Source: an uncultured Candidatus Saccharibacteria bacterium (GTDB lineage: Bacteria; Patescibacteriota; UBA1384; XYA2-FULL-43-10; 1-14-0-10-43-13). From it: a DNA stretch of 62,128 bases. The DNA lies in NCBI GenBank assembly GCA_964529405.1, contig CAZGWE010000005.1, forward strand, positions 1 to 62,128, given 5' to 3'. The notes under the pieces are model-generated. The model searched no databases, was not told the DNA's origin, and saw only the letters and a list, made by a program, of their open reading frames with translations. Within the stretch, counting starts at the first letter, position 1; each line of letters begins with the position of its first letter. Positions 43,718-52,483 of this stretch are shown piece after piece. The position numbers were made by a program, and so were the translations under genes.

Positions 43718-43795
43718 ATAATTGAACAACAAATCGGTGAGCTCAATCATCCTGATGCTGTCTGGCAAATCCACCTTTCAGAGCTAATCGGCTAT

Positions 43796-44548
43796 TTGCG
43801 CTTGCTTCAGGGCCATGATCCTAAAACCGGTAGCCAAAGAGAGATTGTCGATCAATTCTGCTCTGATTTGTGGGACTCTCTGGAACACTTTGCCCAAGCT
43901 GCCACCTCGCCAGAGGAGGCAATGGCAATTGTCGATGAACGGAGAACGGGTATTGCCGGCCTCAGAGCTCTGATTGGTTTTTTTGAATCTGCCGGCATCA
44001 AGGCCTATTATCCGAAAATAGAAGACGAAAGAAGTGACCGGCCCACCTCAAAACAAGATGTGAGTGAGGGCTTTGACCTTTGGGTTACAGACGATACTGG
44101 CGCAGCTGCCATCGGAGTGCAGGTGAAGAGTCATCGAAGATTTAACAACAATGAGGAAGAGGAATTAACCGAGGATAAAAAAACTTCACGCTTAGAATTT
44201 CAACCAGTGACACCAGATTTGATAAGCCAAACGGAGGCAGAACTCCACAAACTCCGTCGGCGACAGAAGCAAGGAGAAGAGATTTCGACTGTCGCAATTC
44301 AACATAGGGAGAAAAAAGCAGGCCAAATGCGGGCTATGCTTGAAACATTGACAAAATCAGGTGTTTATAGTACTATTACGGACGCTGACCTAAGTGCCGG
44401 CTGGGTTGAGATCTGGGGTGTAAGCGACAAGGGCTCAATCGATCCCTTAACGGGCGAGATTGTCGAGGGATCCAGCCAGGACCTCGATCAAAGCCAAGTT
44501 GCCATACGCCTTAAGTCAATCCTAGCCTCGGGAGGGAATCATGAGTAA
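43796..44548 (+). CDS. Hypothetical protein, possible PD-(D/E)xK-like core
   Basis: 250 aa from a TTG with no SD. GFDLWVTDDTGAAAIGVQVKS is reminiscent of a nuclease core (weak). Confidence 0.35.
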   Translation: MRLLQGHDPKTGSQREIVDQFCSDLWDSLEHFAQAATSPEEAMAIVDERRTGIAGLRALIGFFESAGIKAYYPKIEDERSDRPTSKQDVSEGFDLWVTDDTGAAAIGVQVKSHRRFNNNEEEELTEDKKTSRLEFQPVTPDLISQTEAELHKLRRRQKQGEEISTVAIQHREKKAGQMRAMLETLTKSGVYSTITDADLSAGWVEIWGVSDKGSIDPLTGEIVEGSSQDLDQSQVAIRLKSILASGGNHE

Positions 44549-44735
44549 CGCCAACAGGCCGCCGGGCTTAGTCCCGGCCACCAATCCTTCTTTGCCGGAC
44601 TCCGACCTTGACATCTGCGAGTACTTCCGCCAGCAGATGGAGGGCAATCCGGAGTCCTACCCCGAACTGGCTCGGCTGCACCTCGAGGGGTGTGAGCCTT
44701 GTCGTGAATGGGAGAAGAGGAAACGCGGGCAGTAG
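44541..44735 (+). CDS. Small zf-HC2-like (anti-sigma-type zinc finger) protein
   Basis: 64 aa. HLEGCEPC fits H-x3-C-x2-C. Overlaps the previous ORF by 8 nt. Confidence 0.4.
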   Translation: MSNANRPPGLVPATNPSLPDSDLDICEYFRQQMEGNPESYPELARLHLEGCEPCREWEKRKRGQ

Positions 44736-44761
44736 CCCGCAGACATCGTCAGCGTCCTGAA

Positions 44762-44799
44762 ACGCCGTCAACCCGTCCCTCGGGTGGGCGGCGTATTTT
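44762..44799 (+). terminator. Rho-independent terminator
   Basis: ACGCCGtcaACCCGtccctCGGGTgggCGGCGTatttt. Confidence 0.65.
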
Positions 44800-44802
44800 G
44801 TT

Positions 44803-45034
44803 TCATATACTCAAATATTTTTCTACGCTCTCTTTATACCCATCCCGCATCGGATACCGGTCGATCTCTTTCGAGTCAATCCAGGCAAATTTCGAGTGCT
44901 CGTTGCTTAATTTCATATTCGATAGATCGGCTTCTGCCAGGTAATTCCCAATTTGTGCCATCATGCACAAACAAAAATTTGCCATCCCGGCAGAAGAGTG
45001 CTTTGACTGTAACTCGCTGAATTTGTTTTGGCAT
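44803..45034 (-). pseudogene. NUDIX hydrolase remnant (Nudix box deleted, frame broken)
   Basis: From ATG 45034: MPKQIQRVTVKALFCRDGKFLFVHDGTNWELPG, then out of frame. The 44803-44985 ORF supplies a NUDIX-like C-terminus (FAWIDSKEIDRYPM). No GX5EX7REUXEEXGU box. Confidence 0.5.
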
Positions 45035-45039
45035 TTTAT

Positions 45040-45065
45040 CTGTCATTCCTATGAAAACAGGAATC
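45040..45065. repeat. Short hairpin element
   Basis: ctgtcattcctatgaaaacaggaatc. Confidence 0.6.
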
Positions 45066-45091
45066 TTATTTAAGATTATCTGTTGACCGAA

Positions 45092-45154
45092 TGGATCCCC
45101 TGGTCATGGCCATGCCTGGCCCGAAGGGCGCCCTTCGGGCCCCGAGGATGACAA
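45092..45154. repeat. Hairpin element (reverse orientation)
   Basis: tggatcccctggtcatggccatgcctggcccgaagggcgcccttcgggccccgaggatgacaa. Confidence 0.65.
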
Positions 45155-45163
45155 GAAGGGGAG

Positions 45164-45661
45164 TTATTTCGTGTTCACGATCTTTTGCTGGATTTCATAG
45201 GGCTTGGCAATATTTTTGATTCTGATCTCTTTGCCATCGGATGAGCCGGCCGTGCGGATAATAACATCGCCGAATTTAAACATCATGCGTAAGAGCCCGT
45301 CGGTTTGGGAGGCGATATCCTGAATCCTGTCAATCTCCGTTTCGGTAATTTTACGTTTGACAAAACCCCCCTGTTCGACATTGATAATCCGGCCGTTTGT
45401 AATAACGCAAACGCTCTCCTTGAACATATAAAAGGCCCGCAAAAACCCGGCTAAGCCGACCGGAATTAAGACAAGGGCAACCAATCCGACAAATTCATTG
45501 TTGAATTTGAGATAGATAAGAACTGTCGCTGCGACCGGCACCACCATTTTCACGACCGGCCAAACCAAAACAACCGGATGATTCCGTACTACTTCGGTAA
45601 CCTTCTCGCCCGGACGCTGGCCGTTGAAGGTGAATTCTTTTCTCCTGTTTGTATTATTCAT
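45164..45661 (-). CDS. Membrane protein with bacterial PH (bPH_2/YdbS-like) domain
   Basis: Two TM segments, then VCVITNGRIINVEQGGFVKRKITETEIDRIQDI...GDVIIRTAG. Confidence 0.55.
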   Translation of the reverse strand: MNNTNRRKEFTFNGQRPGEKVTEVVRNHPVVLVWPVVKMVVPVAATVLIYLKFNNEFVGLVALVLIPVGLAGFLRAFYMFKESVCVITNGRIINVEQGGFVKRKITETEIDRIQDIASQTDGLLRMMFKFGDVIIRTAGSSDGKEIRIKNIAKPYEIQQKIVNTK

Positions 45662-46752
45662 TTGAATTTATCTACCGTCATTTTATTCAGCACTCTGGTC
45701 AAACCGAACATAATTAAAATTATGACCAATGCTGCGATTATCTTGCTTAAGGTGTGCGAACGCAATGAGACCCAACCAAAAGCGACCGAGATCAAATACA
45801 ATGAAATAATAGATTGGCGAACGCTGAATCCGGCTTTCAGAAAACGATGGTGCAAATGGGTTTTATCGGGAGTGGTAAAAGGGTTTTGTCCCCGCATAAT
45901 TCTGCCGCCCGCCACAATCAAGCCATCTATGATCGGAAAACCGAGGACCAAAAAGGCCGTCGCCAGTTTGCCGCCGGAAATGACTGCCAGTACCCCAAGC
46001 ATAAAACCCAAAAACATACTGCCGGAATCGCCCATAAAGATTTTGGCCGGTGGAAAATTCAAAACCAAAAAGCCAAGCGTTGCGCCAACCAGAATAATGG
46101 CAACCATCGCTGTGGCGGGCTGGTTTACTGCCAGACTAATTGAGAGTAAAAAGATGACAAAAGCGGCAATGGCAGACGTCCCGGCCGCCAAACCATCCAC
46201 CCCGTCCAGAAAATTGATGACATTCATCATACCTATTAACCAAATGAGGGTGAGCAGATCCGACCAGAGCGAAAAGTGGTAAACAATGCCGCCAACCGTC
46301 GCGATTGGTATATAGACCGAATTCAAATCAAAAGCGTTGCCGAAGGGATTCGAGAGATTTTCAATCCCGATGCCCGAAGCAATAATCGCAATAACCGCCA
46401 AAGCCTGGAAAAACAGCTTTTTCCAGGCGCTTAACCCGCGTATGTCATCAATCAGCATCGATATAATAATGATCAAAGCTCCGGCCCAAATACCGACCAA
46501 ATGCTTGTCAATATAGCCGAGCCTGGAGTTCACCAGCTCCAAATTTGTATTGCGAAATCCAAAAACCCAAAATGAAACAAGCAGAAACGATAGAGAAAAC
46601 GCCAAACCGCCGATCCGGGGCACGGGTTTTCTGTGAACATCGCGTTTTCGGGGCATTGAAACAATACCAAAACGAGTGCAGACCCTCTCCGCTGCCCAAG
46701 TCAATATGACAGAAAAGACAAACGCTAAGAAAAAGGGAGTTAGATATAACAC
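45658..46752 (-). CDS. MraY/WecA-family polyprenyl-phosphate sugar-1-phosphate transferase
   Basis: Polytopic membrane protein. MMNVINFLDGVDGLAAG, DSGSMFLGF, HLHHRFL motifs. Confidence 0.85.
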   Translation of the reverse strand: MLYLTPFFLAFVFSVILTWAAERVCTRFGIVSMPRKRDVHRKPVPRIGGLAFSLSFLLVSFWVFGFRNTNLELVNSRLGYIDKHLVGIWAGALIIIISMLIDDIRGLSAWKKLFFQALAVIAIIASGIGIENLSNPFGNAFDLNSVYIPIATVGGIVYHFSLWSDLLTLIWLIGMMNVINFLDGVDGLAAGTSAIAAFVIFLLSISLAVNQPATAMVAIILVGATLGFLVLNFPPAKIFMGDSGSMFLGFMLGVLAVISGGKLATAFLVLGFPIIDGLIVAGGRIMRGQNPFTTPDKTHLHHRFLKAGFSVRQSIISLYLISVAFGWVSLRSHTLSKIIAALVIILIMFGLTRVLNKMTVDKFK

Positions 46753-46936
46753 AATTGTAAAACCCGCAATCTAATTGCAAGACACAATGAACGAGGCTTT
46801 TAACGCATTGAAAGTCCTTCGGAACGCTCGGCATTCCTTCGAACACTATCACATCTTGCTATATGCCAAAAATTCGGTGCGTAAGCTTTGCTTATTTGAC
46901 ATTTGTTATTTAGGCTTCGACATTCCGCTATGTTCA

Positions 46937-47542
46937 TTAGAACATAGCGGCGTGGTCTGCTCTTTCGTAATCGTGAATCTCTTCCTCCGAAAACCAGTGG
47001 GCAATCTCGTTCTTGGTTTCGTCTGGAGTTTCGGAAGAATGGATAAGATTCTTAACAGAACGACCGCTTAGGTTGGCCGCCGCCGGCGAATCAACTGAAT
47101 AATCACCCCTGATTGTACCTATTTCGGCCTTGCTCGGCAAGGTCGAGCCGACGATCTTTCTAGCCATATCAATAGCATGAATGCCTTCAACAACCATGGC
47201 CACAACCGGTGCATCGGCAATGTATTCGATGAGCCATTGGCGAACCATCTTACCGGCCTCAAGCTGATCGCTTGTACCCATATGCTCTTTAGGGTCAAGC
47301 CCGTACTCCTCAAAAACCTTAAAACCCTTGCCGCCGAGGCGATGAATCCATTCTTCGTCTTTGGGATAGTGTAAATCAACATGCTCGACCGAAGGTTTCA
47401 TCATTTTCATGGCGACAATCTTTAAACCACGCCGTTCGAATCGCCCAACTATTTCGCCTATTAAACCCCGCTCAACACCGTCGGGCTTAATCATAACAAA
47501 AGTTCTTTCTAGCACAACATCCGGAATACATTTTTGGGACAT
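46937..47542 (-). CDS. ndk: Nucleoside diphosphate kinase (long form)
   Basis: ERTFVMIKPDGVERGLIGEIVGRFERRGLKIVAMKM, TIRGDY, NLIHSSE (active-site His). Confidence 0.88.
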   Translation of the reverse strand: MSQKCIPDVVLERTFVMIKPDGVERGLIGEIVGRFERRGLKIVAMKMMKPSVEHVDLHYPKDEEWIHRLGGKGFKVFEEYGLDPKEHMGTSDQLEAGKMVRQWLIEYIADAPVVAMVVEGIHAIDMARKIVGSTLPSKAEIGTIRGDYSVDSPAAANLSGRSVKNLIHSSETPDETKNEIAHWFSEEEIHDYERADHAAMF

Positions 47543-47641
47543 AATAAACTCCTAAATCAAAAAATCAAAATAATAGAATGTCTTATCTGTAAAAGTTCAG
47601 ACTCATTAATTTTGATTTTGCTAATATGTAACGCAAATTTA

Positions 47642-48865
47642 TCAAAGCACAAAAATGTCTTCAAGCTGGCCTTTGGTCAATGAAGGGCCAATGTATGCCA
47701 ACCCCATCCGTTCATCAGTCAAATACTTTCTTGCCACACTAAGTATATCATCTCTGCTGATTTTTTCATAAATTTTCATCAGTTCCGGGATCGTCACGAC
47801 TTTAGCGCTCAAGATTTCAGAAATAGCATAATACTCGGCGACCTCAAGGGAATCCTCAAACGAAACCAGCATGCGGCCGTTGGCGATTTCTTTGGCCCGA
47901 TTTAGTTCAGCCTCCGTTACGCCTGAATCCAGAGCCTTACGATATTCATCCAGAATCGCCTGAATTGTCTCCTTGACCTTTTCGTGGGGAACTCCTGCCT
48001 GGGTATCAAAACCGCCTGATTCAACATAACTCGACGAAGAAGTCCTGACGGCATATGCCAAGCCGCGCTTTTCCCGGATTTCGGTAAACATTCTTGAACT
48101 CATCGAACCGCCCAGTATGACCGCCAGAAGTTTCAAAATATAGCGTTCGGCATTCCGATATTCGGCGCCGCGGAAACCAACAACCAGATGGGATTGCTCT
48201 GTCGAACGATTGATGACGATTGAAGCCTTTTTATTATTAATCGTCACGGCTGGCAGAGCGTCAATCTTTTTATGCGGCAAAACGAAGTTTTCTTCAGCCA
48301 AGCGGACCATCTCCTCCTCGCTTTTGCCGCCAAAATTTCCCGCCATAACGACAACCGTATTCGGCGCCGTATAGTATTTTTCGCGATAATTTATGAGGTC
48401 GTCGCGCTGTACTGCCAGAACTGCCTCCTTGCGGCCGATAACATCCCGGCCAAGCGCATTTGACCCGAAGATCACCTCCTCGAACCGGCTGTCAACGATC
48501 TCCATAGGCAAATCTTCATACATGTTAATCTCTTCGACGATGACACCCTTTTCGCGCTCAAGCGAATCCCGATCAAAAAGGGGATTGACCACAATTTCTT
48601 TTAGAAATTCCAAGGCCGTCTCCAAATGCTTAGGCACGATTTTGGCATAATATCCGGTATATTCTTTGCCGGTAAAAGCATTGTGTTCGCCCCCGACATT
48701 TTCAATGAATTCCGCCACGTCAATCGGAGTCGGCAATTTTTTCGTCCCTTTGTAGTGCATATGTTCCAGCACGTGAGAGATGCCAGCCTGATGATCTGCT
48801 TCATTGCGGCTACCGACGCCAAAAATTACCAGGACCGTAATTACCCCGGTCGCATTATTAGGCAC
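47642..48865 (-). CDS. M16-family (insulinase-like) zinc peptidase
   Basis: GISHVLEHMHYKGT (HxxEH). Homology-like sequence (KHVLKSGVRLILVP) continues in frame upstream of the GTG start, up to 48907/48913. Confidence 0.85.
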   Translation of the reverse strand: MPNNATGVITVLVIFGVGSRNEADHQAGISHVLEHMHYKGTKKLPTPIDVAEFIENVGGEHNAFTGKEYTGYYAKIVPKHLETALEFLKEIVVNPLFDRDSLEREKGVIVEEINMYEDLPMEIVDSRFEEVIFGSNALGRDVIGRKEAVLAVQRDDLINYREKYYTAPNTVVVMAGNFGGKSEEEMVRLAEENFVLPHKKIDALPAVTINNKKASIVINRSTEQSHLVVGFRGAEYRNAERYILKLLAVILGGSMSSRMFTEIREKRGLAYAVRTSSSSYVESGGFDTQAGVPHEKVKETIQAILDEYRKALDSGVTEAELNRAKEIANGRMLVSFEDSLEVAEYYAISEILSAKVVTIPELMKIYEKISRDDILSVARKYLTDERMGLAYIGPSLTKGQLEDIFVL

Positions 48866-48955
48866 TAATATTAACCTGACACCACTTTTGAGAACATGCT
48901 TTGTTATGAGAATTTCCTAGCTATGAGTTTTATGTTTTGCGTTTTGAATTGGTTA

Positions 48956-49032
48956 TGGTATGCCTGGGAGGACTTGAACCTCCGACCTTCGGAACCGCAA
49001 TCCGACGCTCTATCCAACTGAGCTACAGGCAC
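48956..49032 (-). tRNA. tRNA-Arg (anticodon GCG), CCA encoded
   Basis: Reverse complement GTGCCTGTAGCTCAGTTGGATAGAGCGTCGGATTGCGGTTCCGAAGGTCGGAGGTTCAAGTCCTCCCAGGCATACCA. Anticodon arm TCGGA-TTGCGGT-TCCGA. Confidence 0.85.
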
Positions 49033-49114
49033 AAAAGACAGTCCAAAGTCTATAAAGAAAAAATCTGCCTCCCCCGACTTTATAGGCTTTACGAACTCGA
49101 TGGACTTTATGGAC

Positions 49115-49618
49115 TTAAAACCGCAGAATGCGGTTTATTACATCCACCAAGTCCTCACCCTTACTCTCATCTTCCGGCAAATGCTTTTTGAAATACAATC
49201 TCACTTGGCCTTCGTCAACATTCTTAAGCGGCAGGCTTACTTCACCGTTGAATTGTCCGACCAGATCCGCCTTAATTTTGGGAATGTCTCCGGGCACAAA
49301 GACGAAGGACTTAAACTGGCTAAATTGATAGGCTCTGTTGTGGACAACAATGCCGTCTTGATAGAGAGCACAGTCAATATTATTCGGCCTGACACCGGAA
49401 ATAACGGACAAAACGATTCCGGCCACGATAACTACCAAACCGCCGCTTATCATTTCCAGCAGCAAGAAAACTCCGGCAATTGCTACTGTAACAATCGCCA
49501 AGCCCAGAAACCAGCTGACATTTTTTTTGTGATAAGCATACTCGGGCGATTGCCAGGAAAAAATCGGCCTTTCTTCATTTATTGTCTTTTTTGGCACGCT
49601 CTTTTTAACTTCCGGCAC
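49115..49618 (-). CDS. Hypothetical membrane protein
   Basis: 167 aa, two TM segments, then a soluble domain. Antisense ORFs are rejected. Confidence 0.5.
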   Translation of the reverse strand: MPEVKKSVPKKTINEERPIFSWQSPEYAYHKKNVSWFLGLAIVTVAIAGVFLLLEMISGGLVVIVAGIVLSVISGVRPNNIDCALYQDGIVVHNRAYQFSQFKSFVFVPGDIPKIKADLVGQFNGEVSLPLKNVDEGQVRLYFKKHLPEDESKGEDLVDVINRILRF

Positions 49619-49719
49619 GTTTCCCTCCTAAAATTAGCCTTCTTGTGCTATAAAATTATCACTACTATCAAATTGGCTGTGCTAACCGTAGCCTTAAGCC
49701 GAAACCATTGAACGAAGGT

Positions 49720-49812
49720 TGGCGGAGAGAATGGGATTCGAACCCATGTGGCGGTTATTAGGCCACCGACGGTTTAGCAAACCGTTCCCTTAAGCCTCTC
49801 GGGCATCTCTCC
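49720..49812 (-). tRNA. tRNA-Ser (anticodon GCT), long variable arm, CCA encoded
   Basis: Reverse complement GGAGAGATGCCCGAGAGGCTTAAGGGAACGGTTTGCTAAACCGTCGGTGGCCTAATAACCGCCACATGGGTTCGAATCCCATTCTCTCCGCCA. Confidence 0.9.
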
Positions 49813-49942
49813 AAACATAGACCATTTAGTATTAAACAAAAACAAGGGAATTTGCCAACTTTCCCAATTGATTCAAGCTCCAAGATCCATGTTTCATGAT
49901 AAAGTCTAGCATAAAATTGATAAATTGTATATAATCTAAACC

Positions 49943-50473
49943 ATGATAAAAAAGCGTTTTCTCACATCCCTTATACTTTCTACTCTCTACTTTCTACTTT
50001 CCGCAAGCAAAGCCCGTGCGATCTGCGGTGTCTGTACCGGAGCGGCTGTGGCCGGAGTCGGCCTGACCCGCTGGCTTGGGATTGACGACCTGGTCTCAGG
50101 GCTCTGGGTTGGAGGCGCTCTTGCCTCTGTCACAGGTTGGACCATCAACTGGTTAAACAAGAAAGAGATCAGATTTTACGGTAGAAAAATTCTTGTTGCG
50201 CTGCTCTACTACGGTTTTGTTGTCATTCCGTTCTATTACTACGATATCGCCACTCATCCACGCAATAAATACATCCATGAAACCTATATCGGCATCGATA
50301 AATTAATCCTGTCGATTTTCATTGGCACCATCTTCTTTGTCATTGCCAATAAGACTTACGAATACCTCAAAGCTAAAAATGGCGGTCACGGCCATTTTCC
50401 ATTCGAAAAAGTCGTTTTTCCAATCGGAACGCTACTTATCTTAAGTGGAATTGCTTGGCTGATCAATAAATAA
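49943..50473 (+). CDS. Hypothetical polytopic membrane protein
   Basis: Signal/TM, then the ICGVCTG motif and 4-5 TM segments. Confidence 0.5.
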   Translation: MIKKRFLTSLILSTLYFLLSASKARAICGVCTGAAVAGVGLTRWLGIDDLVSGLWVGGALASVTGWTINWLNKKEIRFYGRKILVALLYYGFVVIPFYYYDIATHPRNKYIHETYIGIDKLILSIFIGTIFFVIANKTYEYLKAKNGGHGHFPFEKVVFPIGTLLILSGIAWLINK

Positions 50474-50588
50474 TTTTCAATTACCAATTTTACAATTTTC
50501 AATCAAATCTAAATTTTTCAAGGGTTAATTTTTAAATTTTTGGATTTGAAAATTAGTTGTAAAATTGAAAATTAAAAATTGAAAATTT
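50472..50588. repeat. AT-rich inverted-repeat element
   Basis: aattttcaattaccaattttacaattttcaatc ... atttgaaaattagttgtaaaattgaaaattaaaaattgaaaattt. Confidence 0.7.
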
Positions 50589-50597
50589 AGGAATATA

Positions 50598-51167
50598 ATG
50601 ATAGACAACATCGATGCTTTCATCAAAAAAGTTAATGATTCAAAAAAGGACAACAAGCTCGACCTCTCGGCCGATGAAGACCTGTCGATTGCCATAATGA
50701 ACCTGATTTCGATCGAGGAGCACTTCTTCTTCACGGCTAAAAAGACCGGCAAAGCCAAATATTTTGATTTACTCAAAGAAATCCGCGAGATGCGCAAAGA
50801 GCTCTTGAAAAAGATCGTCAAAGATTACGAAGGCGAAGTCTGGTGCATCTCCAAACACCTGCTTGCAGCTTCAATGCGCCTAATGGAAGTCGGCACCAAA
50901 GAACTCGGCCGCGATAATAAAAAAGAGGCCGAAGACCTATTCGAAAAATCATACAATTTGTACTCGCTCTTCTGGGGTCTAAATCTTGGCGTAGTTGATG
51001 TCGGAGGAATCAAGAAGATAGGAGAGGATGAAATTGATAAAGGGGAAAAGAGGGGGAAAAAAGAGGAAGAAGAAGGTGAAGAAGATAAAGCTGTTAAGGG
51101 TGGTAATTCCGTCATGAGCAAACTCGGCGGCTTAGTCAAACGCGCTATTGATTGCTGCATTGAATAG
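50598..51167 (+). CDS. Hypothetical protein with acidic/K-rich tail
   Basis: 189 aa. Helical N-domain. GEKRGKKEEEEGEED tail. Confidence 0.5.
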   Translation: MIDNIDAFIKKVNDSKKDNKLDLSADEDLSIAIMNLISIEEHFFFTAKKTGKAKYFDLLKEIREMRKELLKKIVKDYEGEVWCISKHLLAASMRLMEVGTKELGRDNKKEAEDLFEKSYNLYSLFWGLNLGVVDVGGIKKIGEDEIDKGEKRGKKEEEEGEEDKAVKGGNSVMSKLGGLVKRAIDCCIE

Positions 51168-51232
51168 TTTCATTTTCTCCTCCCCTTTTGAAGGGGAGGC
51201 GTAGGTGGGGTTACAAAATAGTCCCAAAAAGG

Positions 51233-51271
51233 TTGTCATCCCGGACTGTGGTGTTGAGATCCGGGATCCAC
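51233..51271. repeat. Hairpin element (TTGTCATCC...GGGATCCAC family)
   Basis: ttgtcatcccggactgtggtgttgagatccgggatccac. Confidence 0.75.
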
Positions 51272-51363
51272 TCCTTATTGTGTCGTTGCGAGCATATCGA
51301 AGCAATCTATCAGGATTAGTTCGTAGATTTCTCATTTCATTCGAAATGACTTTTTATTTTCAA

Positions 51364-51405
51364 ATAAAAAACCGCCCATCATTCCGTTTCCGGAAATCAG
51401 GGCGG
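51364..51405 (-). terminator. Rho-independent terminator of cargo D
   Basis: Minus strand: CCGCCCtgaTTTCCGgaaaCGGAAtgatGGGCGGtttttt. Confidence 0.7.
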
Positions 51406-51462
51406 CCGGTTGTGTTTGGTCGCACTACGCTGGTTCATTACTCCCCACTCGAATTGGCAGGC

Positions 51463-52113
51463 TTACCTGCTCTCCTCGTAGAGATGATCCATGTAGCTCC
51501 GCTTCATACCGACAATCTCGCTGAGGTCTGTATCCTTAGTAATGACCTGGTAGCCAGTGCTATCATCACCCACCCGATCTTCGTCCAGGAAGACAAGTCC
51601 GTAGTGCGAAAGGTTATAGGTATAGCAGACTGTCTTACCCTCGCTGGTTTGTGATTCGGTGTAAGTGATGAACAGGTGGCCACAATCGTCTTCCTTGTCC
51701 CAAGTCTGGCGTAGCTCAGCCACGAGAACCTCCAGGATTGTCATGCAAGTACGAGGAAAGACTCGTAACCAGGAACAACGATCCTCACTCTTCAGTTCTC
51801 GTTGCCTAGGCTGAGCATAGCTGAAAGTCTTGGTCCGGCGGGCCTTGATCGCATAGGACTCCTCAGTCGTCCTAGACATCTCGATAGAATCGAGATCCTT
51901 GAGCTCACTGAAGGCGCCGTAAACCCGCCTTATCTCGCACCACACCTGGGAAATCTTCACTCCCTTGGGAATGAAGAAGTACCAGTCATAGCCATCGAGT
52001 TCGGGCAGGTGCTTGAACTTGACCTCAACTTCCGCTGAGTCAACTTCAATACCCATGTGCGCCCAGAATTCGATATTCGCTTTGATCTCGCTCTCAACCG
52101 TTCTGACCTGCAC
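51463..52113 (-). CDS. Hypothetical W/C-rich protein (cargo D)
   Basis: G+C-rich. GTG 52113 follows gggagagaaaag. The track start at 52203 lies inside the conserved leader (CGTGAAAG). Confidence 0.5.
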   Translation of the reverse strand: MQVRTVESEIKANIEFWAHMGIEVDSAEVEVKFKHLPELDGYDWYFFIPKGVKISQVWCEIRRVYGAFSELKDLDSIEMSRTTEESYAIKARRTKTFSYAQPRQRELKSEDRCSWLRVFPRTCMTILEVLVAELRQTWDKEDDCGHLFITYTESQTSEGKTVCYTYNLSHYGLVFLDEDRVGDDSTGYQVITKDTDLSEIVGMKRSYMDHLYEESR

Positions 52114-52241
52114 CTTTTCTCTCCCTATCGGAATCGAGCTATCCAGCCTGCACCCTTGCGAGCCTCGGCTGGCGTTTTTGATGGCGTTTCCGTGCTCTTT
52201 CACGCTGATTGCGCTAAGCGCTTATTCATCGTGAACAGGCC

Positions 52242-52271
52242 ATTATAGCACTTCTTTTTCCGCTTTGTCAA
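52242..52271 (-). promoter_or_regulatory. Conserved consensus promoter, copy D
   Basis: Minus strand: TTGACA-18 nt-TATAAT (TGCTATAAT), followed by GGCCTGTTCACGATGAA. Confidence 0.7.
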
Positions 52272-52483
52272 TACCTTTCCACAGTTTATTGCTCTATTAG
52301 TCTTGCTGTTATCATAGCTATTGACAGGTTAATATATAAAGGTATATAATACAACTGTCGAAATATTTCCACACAGTATTAAGTCGGAGAGTATGAAAGT
52401 ACTAAGTGTGAAAGTCAGATCGAATTCTGTGCCTCACTCTCCGACTCTCTAACTCTCACCCTCTCACACTAATTAGGAGTCAT

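Noticed and set aside
52114-52203. The first 30 codons of the cargo-D ORF.
   Set aside because: They coincide with leader motifs conserved at the nucleotide level in the other modules (CGTGAAAG, ACGCCATCAAAAACGCC, covarying hairpin). An SD-preceded GTG follows at 52113.
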